Shown piece by piece: positions 52,961 to 64,000 of a stretch of DNA of 64,000 nucleotides. The DNA comes from Octopus vulgaris (taxonomy: Eukaryota), in contig OX597828.1 in the NCBI GenBank assembly GCA_951406725.2, forward strand, positions 27,156,001 through 27,220,000, given 5' to 3'. The position numbers were made by a program, and so were the translations under genes. The stretch's first letter is position 1, and each line of letters opens with the position of its first letter. Below the pieces are notes generated by a model. It was not told where the DNA came from. It worked only from the letters and a program-made list of their open reading frames with translations, and did no database searches.

Positions 52961-53728
52961 ATTCCTTAGAATGATTAACCAAGGTGTTAGCTTGTGTTGG
53001 GATGAATCCTAAAAGACCAGAACAGGTGTGGGCTAGTGTCATTGTCTCATTCAGGAGAGATTAATGTTTTGGCTAAGGATTGTTAATTACCCAAAGAAAC
53101 TACTATTGACTTTTTGTGAAACCACTGGTATGTGATTGTTTATATTATTCGTTTTCTATGTCTAAATATTTATGGAAGATAATATGTATTTATTCAGAAA
53201 CTCAACTTTTATGTCACATTTGATTAAATATTTTTTTACGTTCGGGTGGCAAGTAAAAAGCACCCACTACACTCACGGAGTGGTTGGCGTTAGGAAGGGC
53301 ATCCAGCTGTAGAAACATTGCCAGATAAGACTGGAGCCTGGTGCAGCCTTCTGGCTTTCCAGATCCCTGGTCAAACCGTCCAACCCATGCTAGCATGGAG
53401 AACGGACGTTAAACGATGATGATGATGATGATGATGAATAAGTTTGGTGATAAAAACAGGAAAATAGAACTCAAATTTGTGTTTTTTATTCTTTACTTAC
53501 AGCCATGTTAGGGGTAACACCTTTAAGGGTTTTTTTGCTGGGGTCAACAGGATTGACCTCCCCAGCACTTTTTTTCTTAAGTACTTGTACTTATTAATTA
53601 TATCAGCCTATTTTTTTTCCAAAGTGAAAAGTTATAGGGACATAAACAAACAAACATTAGTTGTCAAGTAGTAGTGGTGGGAGTCAAATACAATGACACA
53701 CACATGCACGCACAGTCATACACACACA

Positions 53729-53770
<42 letters not shown>

Positions 53771-54330
53771 TTCACACATATATAAAAACAACAGGTTTCT
53801 TTCAGTTTCCATCTACCAAATCCACAAAGTTTAGATTGGAAGCCACTTACCCAAGGTGCTGCATAGTAGAACTGAACCCAAGACCTCATGGTTAGGAAGC
53901 CAGTCTCTCACCACACAGTCACACACCTATACCTATTAGGCTGCCTGTGTTTTTTTTTTGTTTTTTTTTCTCATTAATTGGCAGAAGCAAGGGCTGAAAG
54001 TTCCATACATTGGCACTAACCAAACTGGTTTCGAATTGTTCTTATAATTCTTCTGGAACAAACCAGAGAGAATTGTATTTATTATTTTAGTGTGTCTACA
54101 TCAATGTAATCCTGATTTCCGACCAATTTGATAAGTGGCAGCACACAAAATGCTCATCTTTTTAGTTACTCCTATGATTATTAATAAAAGGAAAAAAAAA
54201 AATCTTTCTTAATGAAAAATAAGTTATCCGCATACAACTTCGTTAAAATAATTTTCAGTAAATAGTACATACAAGGTTTCAATAAACAATGATATTTACT
54301 GTACTGGTATACTCTGCAACACAGAAATAC

Positions 54331-54377
<47 letters not shown>

Positions 54378-56289
54378 GCTGGTGATTGCCACTTCTATAC
54401 CAAAGAAGGCCATCTCTTCAATTAGTAAATTCTGTCATGAGATTTTGTATGACTCTCAAATGCAGCTTTGGACAAACAGACCCTGCTGCAGATGTTACGA
54501 ACATTTTCAAGCAGAAAAGTGTATGGGATTGATAGATATTTCCATACATACATGTGCGTATGTATGTACGTACGTATACAAGTGTTTATGTATGTATAAT
54601 GATCATCCTGGATTAATAATGTAATGAGCCAGATGGGATTATTAATATAATCCAGAGATGAGGTCAAGAAACTTTAAGTGTAACTTGCCTTAGGTATTAA
54701 AAATTTGGCATCTTATCTGGCCAACGATTGCTCTTTGACTTAGATTTACAGAGAACTACATGTGTGCGTGTGTGTGTTTGCAATTTGCATGTATCTGTTT
54801 GTAAGGGATTGAAGAGGGTGGAGTCTAGATTAACGGCATATCATCAGTTCTTGGAAGTATTTTTGCTTCTTGTTTAATGAAATCAAAAATCATAAAACAT
54901 CCTTATTTTTAATTTAGGATAATTCTAAATAATTTCTTTCTTTCTTTCTTTTTTTTCTCATTCCTCCCCCCACTCCATTCTCTTCTTTCTTTTCTCATTT
55001 GATCTCTGTCTCCTTTCACCCTCTCTCCCATCCTGATGTCCCTCTCCTTACCACTCTTGTCCTGTCATCTCCTTCCTTTCCACCCCCTTCACCTTCTCTC
55101 TCCCGTATTGATCCTGGCAAATATATTTCCAGAAATTGTCTTCCTACAACTTAATTTCCTTTTTATATGTATAAAATTAATTTCATGTTTATACTCTGTG
55201 TGTGTGTTGGGGGTAGTATATATAAGCATACTCCCACTCACACACAAACACACACACATGAACAAACATATATATATACACACACACACACATGTACACA
55301 GTGGAATTTGTATTTGCATGTTGCATAACTACCACCAGTAAACGCATTCATTTATGCCATTTCTACATGCATCCACAAACACACACACACACATACATGC
55401 ATGTATATATATATACATACACACATATAATATATATACACACACACGCACACTCAAACACAAGTAACTGGAATAACAGTTAATTGCCAAGTGGAGATTT
55501 CATACACCCTGTGACCCATGATACTTCAGTGACTTGTGTGTGTGTGTGTGTGTACATGCGTGTGTATGTACATGCGTGTGTGTGCACGCACACATGTGTG
55601 ACTGTGTGTGTATGTGTGATCATTGTGTTAACATCTACATTTTCCTGCCCACATGGGTCAGGCAGAACTTCTTGAGGCTAGTTTTCTACAGCTGGATGCT
55701 CTTCCTGTTGCCAACCATCACCCATTTCCAAGCAAGGTAATATTTCCCTCTGAACGGACATGTTTCCACAGAAGACATAAAAACAAGGGACACCCTTGCA
55801 TCACAGTGACACTCGTTTACAACCATCGTGCAATGGCAAGGCAAGGAAACAGTACCTGGCGAAGCGAGGCCAACGTTCCCCTGGATGGAATGCCAGTCCA
55901 TGGCAGGGTCACTCATTTGCAGATGAGTGAAATGGAGCAACTTGAAAGAAAGTGTTTTGCTCAAGAACACAACATGCTGCTGGTCTGGGAATTGAAACCT
56001 GACTCTTGAACAATTTAGTTCAACAAAGTCTCATACTTATTCTGTCAGTCTCTTTTGGTTGATTGGTAGAATTGTCAGAGTATTAGGGATAAATGCTTCA
56101 TGGTATTTCTTCTAATTCTTTGTCTTCTGATTTCAAATATTGCCAAGGTTAACTTTGCCTTTCATTTCTCAAGAGTTGATAAAATATAGGTCTAATAAAT
56201 TTACTAGGGTAACTAAAGCCAACTCCTCTTGTCCATGTAGCTGCCCTGGTACCTAAATTAGAAACTATTAATATTATTATTATTATATA

Positions 56290-56597
56290 TTTGACTTTTG
56301 CTTTACATTTGCACAAGCTGGCTCCAAGTCTCACCCAGAGACCTCAAGAGACAACAAATTGGATGTTCGTGTTGGTGTTATGCCTAGGGTGCCATATATT
56401 TGGTTTTGTACTTAGTGTTGTACTAGTGAATGTCTAAAAAACCATACAAAAATTATGTTTGTTTTAAAACTTGAGAGTACATAGAAAGTATTTTGCATAG
56501 GATATGAGCAGTTCCTATGAGCACTATCTTTTGAATTTCTACCATCTTGGGGTTTCCTGGTATCTGAGTTAGGTAGCAATCAGCCCCTTTTGCTATT
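56290..56597 (-). mobile_element. R4/Dong-clade LINE extreme 3' fragment
   Basis: IAKGADCYLTQIPGNPKMVEIQKIVLIGTAHILCKILSM matches the QK..L.GTAHIL motif at about 16480-16540; flanked by (TTA)n. Confidence 0.8.
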
Positions 56598-56627
56598 TTA
56601 TTATTGTTGTTGTTGTTGTTGTTGTTG

Positions 56628-56850
56628 TTAAGGTGGAGAGCTGGCAAAATTGTTAGCATGCAGAACCTAGTGGTATTTTTCCCGTCACTTCATTCTGAGT
56701 TCAAATTCCACCAAGGTCAACTTTGCCTTTCATCCTTTCAGAGTTGACAAAATAAATACCAGTAAAACATTGGGGTTGATGTATTCGACTAAACTCCTTC
56801 CCACTGAGCTTCAGACCTTGTATCTATAGAAGAAAGGATTATTATCATTA

Positions 56851-56881
<31 letters not shown>

Positions 56882-57112
56882 AATTATCATCATCATCATT
56901 AATGTGGTGCACTGGCAGAATCATTAGCATGCCAGACAAAATGCTTCACAGCATTTATCCAGCTTTACATTCTGAGTTCAAATTTCACTGAGGTCGACTT
57001 TGCCTCTTATCCTTTCGGGGTTGATGAATTAAGTACCAGTTGCATACTAGGGTGTCAATGTAATCGACTAGTCCCCTCTCCCCAAAATTTCAGGCCTTGT
57101 GCCTTTAGTAGA

Positions 57113-57118
<6 letters not shown>
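56628..57118 (+). mobile_element. Two head-to-tail family A SINEs linked by (TTA)n
   Basis: Heads at about 56630 and 56900, each ending GTAGAAAG/GAAAGG-(ATT)n; a third copy at 56060-56270. Confidence 0.88.
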
Positions 57119-57160
<42 letters not shown>

Positions 57161-57539
57161 AATCATCATTGCTACATTGTTGTTGTTGTCCTTTTCGTTG
57201 ATCTTCATGCTGTTCTTGTTAATGTTGTTGCTGAAAATTCTAAATAAATTTTCTGGGACACACCCTTCGCACTCCCCACTCTGGTCCCCGACATCAACCA
57301 CTAGAAATAAAAATACAAGTCATAAACAATCAAATAACCAGTGCTGAGAGTAAAATAAAAACATAAAAAGTACAAAATAAAAAATAAAATTGCCTCATTT
57401 GTTGACACGGTTACTTGATTTTTGTGCCCCCTCCCCCATCTTCTCTTCCTACCTCTATTCCTTCCACCCACCACCTGCACAAACATACACATACACATGC
57501 ACACACGACTATACCTATACATATATACATCAGTGTACG

Positions 57540-57945
57540 TCTATACCCATAGGCTCACACATACAAATTTTATCCCTAAATGTACACGCACACGAACACA
57601 CATACACACACTGCTACATATTGGCACTCATCAATAGAAGCCCATACAAATTACTACATCGATATACATACACATATACACACACATGAATATACATAAT
57701 AAAATATCAGCCATATGCATGCACATGCAAAACGGTGCATCTGGATAGGGTCATACATAAAATTTGTCTTTTTGCATAAAGATATATACAGACTTATGCA
57801 TACATAAAAAAATATTACCCTATATATATATGTATGTATGTATGTATATATATATATATGTATATCTCTATATATAAATATATCTATATATATATATATA
57901 TATATATATACATACACACATACACACACATATACAAGTCACATG

Positions 57946-57983
<38 letters not shown>

Positions 57984-58143
57984 TACAGGCTTGTGTAAAA
58001 CTTCCATTGCTATACATACACATACATACGTATATATACATACAGGTTCATATATAAAAAATCTCTTTATATACACACATAAAAACACATAAGCATGCAT
58101 ACATATGCATACACCATCAAAGTTCTGACACTACACGTATGCA

Positions 58144-58197
<54 letters not shown>

Positions 58198-58456
58198 GAT
58201 ATACATACATACACTCAAATGCATATGTATACACATACTTACGTGCTCATACTTTAAAAATTTTATCCTTATACATACGTGCACACAGACTCACAGTAAA
58301 CATTAATCCTCATACATACATACATACATACATACATACACACACACACGTAAGTACATGCACATATAACTGCATATACATACAAGCTGGTACATAAAAA
58401 CTCCATACACAAATATGCATGCATACACAATCATACTTAAGAATATTACCCCTGTA

Positions 58457-58505
<49 letters not shown>

Positions 58506-58940
58506 ACACACACTCACACACACGTGCACACATACACATTTGTGAAACATGGTCATACATAAAGATGTTATGCTTTGCACAAACCCCCACACAATTACAC
58601 ATACATATGCATACATACATGCATACATACATATATACATAGAAGCTCATGCATAAAATGTTATTCCTATTACACATATACACTTGCAAGTGCACATGTA
58701 GATGTGCACATAGGTACACATATACATAGATACAAGCTCATGCATAAAAATGTTATCCGTATGCATACGCATACATGCAAGTGCACATATACGCACACAT
58801 GTCAGAACACATACATAGATGATAAAAGTATTATCTCTTAGGCACACACTTAGGTGCACATACATACATACATACATACATACATACAGATAGACGTACA
58901 TAGATACAAGCTCATACATAGAAATTTCTCGGCGTATACA
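57540..58940 (+). repeat. Cryptic degenerate repeat: about 28-bp motif interspersed with CA/TA spacers
   Basis: Recurring ACARGCTCATRCATAAAAATKTTATCC-like motif (e.g. 57550, 57745, 58040, 58240, 58640, 58730, 58905). Confidence 0.65.
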
Positions 58941-59660
58941 TTCCATCTATTAAAAGTTATCAAACCGTATGATGTATGATATATGATGGGAAGGAGAACA
59001 AGTTCAAATTGGATTCTGGTGCTTTAAGCCATTCAAACTCACTGCAGCATGACCTTGGTTTCAAAAACAAGAAACACAACAACAAAAACAACTCCAAGAG
59101 CAACATTAAAAACTTCCCCCCCCCCAAAAAAAAAAAAAAAAACCTCAAGGATTTCTTTCGAAGCACCAACACAAAACACGGTTCATTTACAGAAATTCTT
59201 CCTGTTTTTTGCCTTTTTTTTTCACCTTTTGTTGTATTGTTTTTTTGTTTCTTCATTATTGCATTTTTGGGGTTTTTTTTTTTTATTGGTGCTTAGTTGG
59301 ACATTCCTGATTTTTTGGCTATGACACTATTACCATTTATTATACAATGTTTTGTTTTGTTCTTGTTTCCTCCTTCTTTCCTTGCTGTCAGTAGTGACCA
59401 ATCAATTGGTCTGTTACCATTGTGTATGTTTATGTACGTACATATGTGTGTATGTATGTGTGTGTGTATGTTTGTGTGTTTGAATGCATGTGTGTGTTTG
59501 AATGTGCAGTTAAAACAGATTTTGTAGATGCACATCTGTATTTGCCTGTATATATAAATATGTATGCATTTATGTTTATGTATTAGTATATGTGCATACA
59601 TATGCATCCATTTACATATATACCATATTGTGTTTGCTTATATGTCTGGAAATATTTAAA

Positions 59661-59700
<40 letters not shown>

Positions 59701-59723
59701 TGTCACACATGTACGTATGAATG

Positions 59724-59791
<68 letters not shown>

Positions 59792-60369
59792 TGTATATAT
59801 ATATATGATATATATATATATATATATATATATGAATGTATATATATATATGAATGTATATATATATTTATATGAATGTGTGTATATATATATATGTGTG
59901 TGTGTGTGCGTGTGTATATATTTAAAGTATGTAATGTATATATTTGTGTACATCAGGTTTGACCCCAAATGTATAACTATATGAAATGTATTTAATTGCA
60001 TACCTATATTTGTGCACATACAACCTATAAGTATAGTCATGTGTGTATATGTATGTGTATAATTGTGACACACCTGTATATCTGTCCATAGGAATATGTA
60101 TATTTGAATGTTTTGTTTTCAAACAGGAATTATACAAACTGTATGATAGTAGATTGAGCTGTGTGCATACACACACACAGAGATTTAGGTGTAGATATTC
60201 ATTCATATATATATATTCTTGTGTGTTGAGTGTGCATTCACACATATCACTGTTGATATTTAAGCATAATGTATTTATGCATGTAGACGAGTTTATGCAT
60301 TTGTGTCTGTCTGCACAGCAGAAGATAGAGCTGCTGTTATAACTCAGCTCTCATTAATACCAACAGCCA

Positions 60370-60760
60370 TCTACTCCTGTGAAACCTTGGATAGTGAAGA
60401 TCTATCCATTGCTGGACATGTTTCATCAATGCTGAGTGTCTCTTACCGGGTCATAATGAGAAACAAAAAGTGATGGGAAGAGGTGGCTGGGTCATTGGCA
60501 GGGCATGGTGACCAAGTAGCAGATATGTTTTACTGGCCATGTTCTTCAATTGCTAGAGGAGAGACATGCTACCATTGTGATGAAATAGACACTGAAAGAA
60601 GGAAAGAGAACGAGAGGAAGAAGACCAAGAAAGACTTGGCACCATATGTTCTGGGACAACACAATAGCATTAGGAGTTGACCTGAGCTGAGCAGAACCAG
60701 GAGAAGGCAAGCAATGAGGACGTCTGGAGAAGTCTTGTTGCTTGTTCTGCTGACAATACT
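60370..60760 (+). mobile_element. Highly decayed RTE LINE C-terminal fragment
   Basis: YSCET(W), WLGH and GKRTRGRRPRKTW motifs occur in the expected order across frameshifts and deletions. Confidence 0.65.
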
Positions 60761-60821
60761 GGAGGATTCTAAAAGCTAAGAACTACAAAAGCACATGTAG
60801 AAGATTAAGTATATGTGTGGA

Positions 60822-61246
60822 TACTCTTTTGCTCTTTTACTTGTTTCAGTCATTTTGACTGCAGCCATGCTGGAGCACCGCCTTCTTTTTTTTTTTTTTT
60901 TTAATTGAGCAACTCGACCCCAGGACTTATTCTTTTGTAAGCCCAGTACTTATTCTATCAGTCTCTTTCGCCGAACCGCTAAGTAACGGGCACATAAACA
61001 CACCAGCATTGGTTGTCAAGCAATGCTAGGGGGACAAACACAGACACACAAACACACGCATGCATATATATATACATATATACAATGGGCTTCTTTCAGT
61101 TTCCGTCTACCAAATCCACTCACAAGGCTTTGGTCGGCCCGAGGCTATAGTAGAAGACACCTGCCCAAGGTGCCACGCAGTGGGACTGAACCCGGAACCA
61201 TGTGGTTAGTAAACAAGCTACTTACCACACAGCCACTCCTGCGCCT
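60822..61246 (-). mobile_element. Full-length young SINE family B
   Basis: Reverse complement begins AGGCGCAGGAGTGGCTGTGTGGTAAG; CpGs retained. Other minus copies at about 5510, 10965, 15470, 30955, 35445, 36770, 37620, 38940, 45240, 53500, 62110. Confidence 0.92.
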
Positions 61247-61376
61247 ATATGTTTATGATATACATTTAATATACACTCATTTCTTCTGATTACTTATAAC
61301 AAGTTGGTATGCTGTAGAAAACCATACAAGCAAACATCACTTTGCATGTGAACATGAAACAAATCATAATATTTAA

Positions 61377-61919
61377 CCCTTTAGTATTTGAACCAAGCCA
61401 TATCAGGCCCAAACATTCCAACTGTTTTATGTTGAAACTGTCTGGATCTTGCCTCTCACACCTACCCTACAATGTCACTCTAAATATCTACAATTTCATC
61501 ATTGAAATCTTGAAGCTACAAGATGAGGCATGATTAATTGGAAACAATGTGGATAAATGAACATTACATTTGACGAAGTAATCTGAATTCATCATCATCA
61601 TTTAACGACCGTTCTCCATGCTAGCATGGGTTGGACGGTTTGACTGGGGATCTGGGAAGCCAGAAGGCTGCACCAGGCTCCAGTCTTATCTGGCAATGTT
61701 TCTACAGCTGGATGCCCTTCGTGACGCCAACCACTCCGTGAGTGTAGTGAGTGCTTTTTACGTGCCACCTGCACAGGTGCAAGGCGAGGCTGGCATCAGC
61801 CACGGTCGGATTGGTGCATTTTACGTGCCACGGGCATGGAAGCCAGTCGAGGCGGCACTGGCTTCGGCCACGATTCGGATGGTGCTTTTTACGTGCCACT
61901 GGCACGGAATTGTAAAGGG
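61377..61919. mobile_element. MITE M2 interrupted by a family C insertion (61590-61906, minus)
   Basis: TTAA-CCCTTTAG...TAAAGGG-TTAA; insert flanked by GAATT at 61585-61589 and 61907-61911. Confidence 0.85.
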
Positions 61920-62489
61920 TTAAATATATGTACAGGGAAGATCATTGATTGCTATGATGCAAAAGGCCAAGGCAAGTGCATGCTCGAAATGATGTTGTTT
62001 GAGAACAGAGTAGGGTGAATGACATGATCGCAAAATACTAGAAGCATAAGTTTCTACTGGTCCAAGGTTCACAGACAATTGGTGGACTTGTGCAGTTACT
62101 GATTGATAGGTAACAGATTAGAACAGGCCAGTTGGAAAACCTCTATGGTGATGGAAACACACCCACACATATATGTATGGACTACCATGCAGTTTCTCTC
62201 TACCAGATTCACTCATAAGAATAAGACACTTGGTCAGCCAGGGCCGTAGTAGATAACACATGCCCAAGGTGCCACTAGGCAATGAGATTGAACCAGAAAT
62301 CATCTGGTTGCAAACCCAGCTTCTTAACCAAACAGCCATGCCTCTGCCTATCTGTATATTTCTCTTATATTTTTTTCAATTATTTCGATTTTCAAAAGCT
62401 TTCATGACAGGCTCCCTCCCTCCCTCCTCCCCTTCCATCTTATTTTGTATTTCCATTTCTCACTGTCTTCTCAGTTTTCTCTCATCTTT

Positions 62490-62613
62490 CTCTCTCTCTC
62501 TCTTTCCAATCTTTCTTGCCTCTCTTCCTATCTTTCTGATTTGCCTCTCTCTCTCTCTTTCCAATCTTTCTTGCCTCTCTCCCTATCTTTCTGATTTGCC
62601 TCTCTCTCTCTCT
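62490..62613. repeat. About 55-bp pyrimidine-rich tandem duplication
   Basis: TTTCCAATCTTTCTTGCCTCTCTYCCTATCTTTCTGATTTGCCTCTCTC occurs twice. Confidence 0.85.
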
Positions 62614-63384
62614 CATACACTCATTCATTTCAACCCTCTCTTTCTCTCTTCTCTCCTTCACACAAACTGTATAACCTCTCTTTCTACCTTCCCCCAACTC
62701 CTCCCTTTTCTTTTCCTCATCCGTCCACATCTCTCTCGTAAAAATCTACTCAGTTTTCTCCTTACCGTTCTACCTTTCCTTCTCTCTCCCTCCCTCCCCC
62801 TCCCTCTCTCTCTCTCTCTTAATTTACTAATTCATCTATTTCATTTCGTTAACTACCCACACATATTTTTTTTTTTCCTAACATGACCAATCTTCAAACT
62901 CCAACTCTTTCCTCTGCAACTAATATCTCTCTCTCCAAGAACACTCTTTTGGTCAGACAAGCACAGATGAACCCTTCCCTCAAACTAAAGAGCAGCTTCA
63001 TTGACTAGAGTGCAGCCAATCAAATCTTGATGAATTACTCACTTGTCAGCATCAAACGAGTTATTGACAGTTAATTAGGACATTATGCCTCAACAATAAC
63101 TGGCAAACACAGACATTTCTTCCCCCCCTCTCTCTTTTTCACATTCTTCTTGTTGTTATTGTTGTTATGAGTGGTGATGAATGTGATGGGGGAGGGGAGT
63201 GCTTTTGTAGTTGTTTTTTTTTTCTTTTACTCCTTTTACTAAATTTTTATTTTATTTTATTTATTACTATTATTAGTATAATTATTATTGTTATTGTCAT
63301 TGTGCATATTATTATTCTCATTATTGTTGTTGTTGTTCTTATCATTGTTATTAATATTATTCTTGTATTATCATTGTTGTTATA

Positions 63385-63421
<37 letters not shown>

Positions 63422-63704
63422 TTCTTTTTAAACTTCTTCCCAGACTGCTATCAAAATTTCATGTTTAAATGAAGCAATTTTTTTTTTAAATCTCTCCTAT
63501 CCTACCTTATAATTTTTTCTCCCCTGTTTTTTTTTTGTTTTTTTTCTTTTTTCTGTTTCACATTTTTAAAGTCATTTTCCACAGAGTAGGGTTAGGGTTA
63601 GGTTTCGGGGGGAAGGGGTAGATTTGTGATATTTCAGTGGCAGCTACTACTTGTCATTTATTTTCACCACCTGTCCATAAACTACCAGCTGAGTCAACAG
63701 TTTC

Positions 63705-63910
63705 ATACATGTTGACTTGACCTGCTAGAATTAGCAAGTACATTTTACTCAGTCTGTATCCTTCTAATTTAAAATTAATATATAAAATGGTAGCAGTTTC
63801 CATTTTTTTTGTCTCATTTTTTTTGTTTTGTTTGGTCAACAAGGCAGCTTTATACATGATGACTTGACCTGCTGGAATTAGCAAGCAAATCTCATTCAAA
63901 TCACACTCTT
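63705..63910. repeat. Two copies of a short dispersed repeat (family D)
   Basis: CATG.TGACTTGACCTGCT.GAATTAGCAAG twice; reverse complement resembles GATTTG..TGCT.TTTCTA at about 13407 and 13644. Confidence 0.6.
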
Positions 63911-64000
63911 CTAATTCAACCCTTGACCTTTTAGCATTTAAGCCAACCATAGCCAGCCATCTACCTGTTTTATATTCAAAGTGACCAGATCTGACATCTC

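Noticed and set aside
62260-62886. 208-aa hydrophobic ORF
   Set aside because: Starts in an antisense SINE B and runs through a CT-rich tract.
63588-63606. Telomere or interstitial telomeric array
   Set aside because: Only 2-3 TTAGGG-like units; too short, possibly part of a transposon fragment.

Overview
AT-rich, repeat-saturated eukaryotic non-coding DNA with no recognisable intact host gene. The SINE families and the density of (TA)n/(CA)n/(TAA)n microsatellites look like an Octopus (coleoid cephalopod) genome; this is inferred from recalled repeat families and not verified. Nearly all listed ORFs are microsatellite read-through. Contents: several tRNA-derived SINE families (labelled A, B, E, F, G here), 5'-truncated RTE-type LINE 3' ends (family C), RTE and R4/Dong LINE fragments, DD37D (maT-type) Tc1/mariner relics, two TTAA-flanked piggyBac-like MITE families and foldback elements. 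Most notable: (1) a tRNA-headed element carrying a minimal type I hammerhead ribozyme, inserted as one inverted dimer with a 13-bp TSD (50440-50900), with Penelope-like architecture; (2) a second, (TA)n-associated family with a non-canonical CUGUNGA hammerhead-like core (4 copies); (3) tandem compact pseudoknot-like units in the family C 3' UTR where 5' truncation points cluster. Boundaries and counts were read by eye and are approximate unless a TSD or TIR is quoted.
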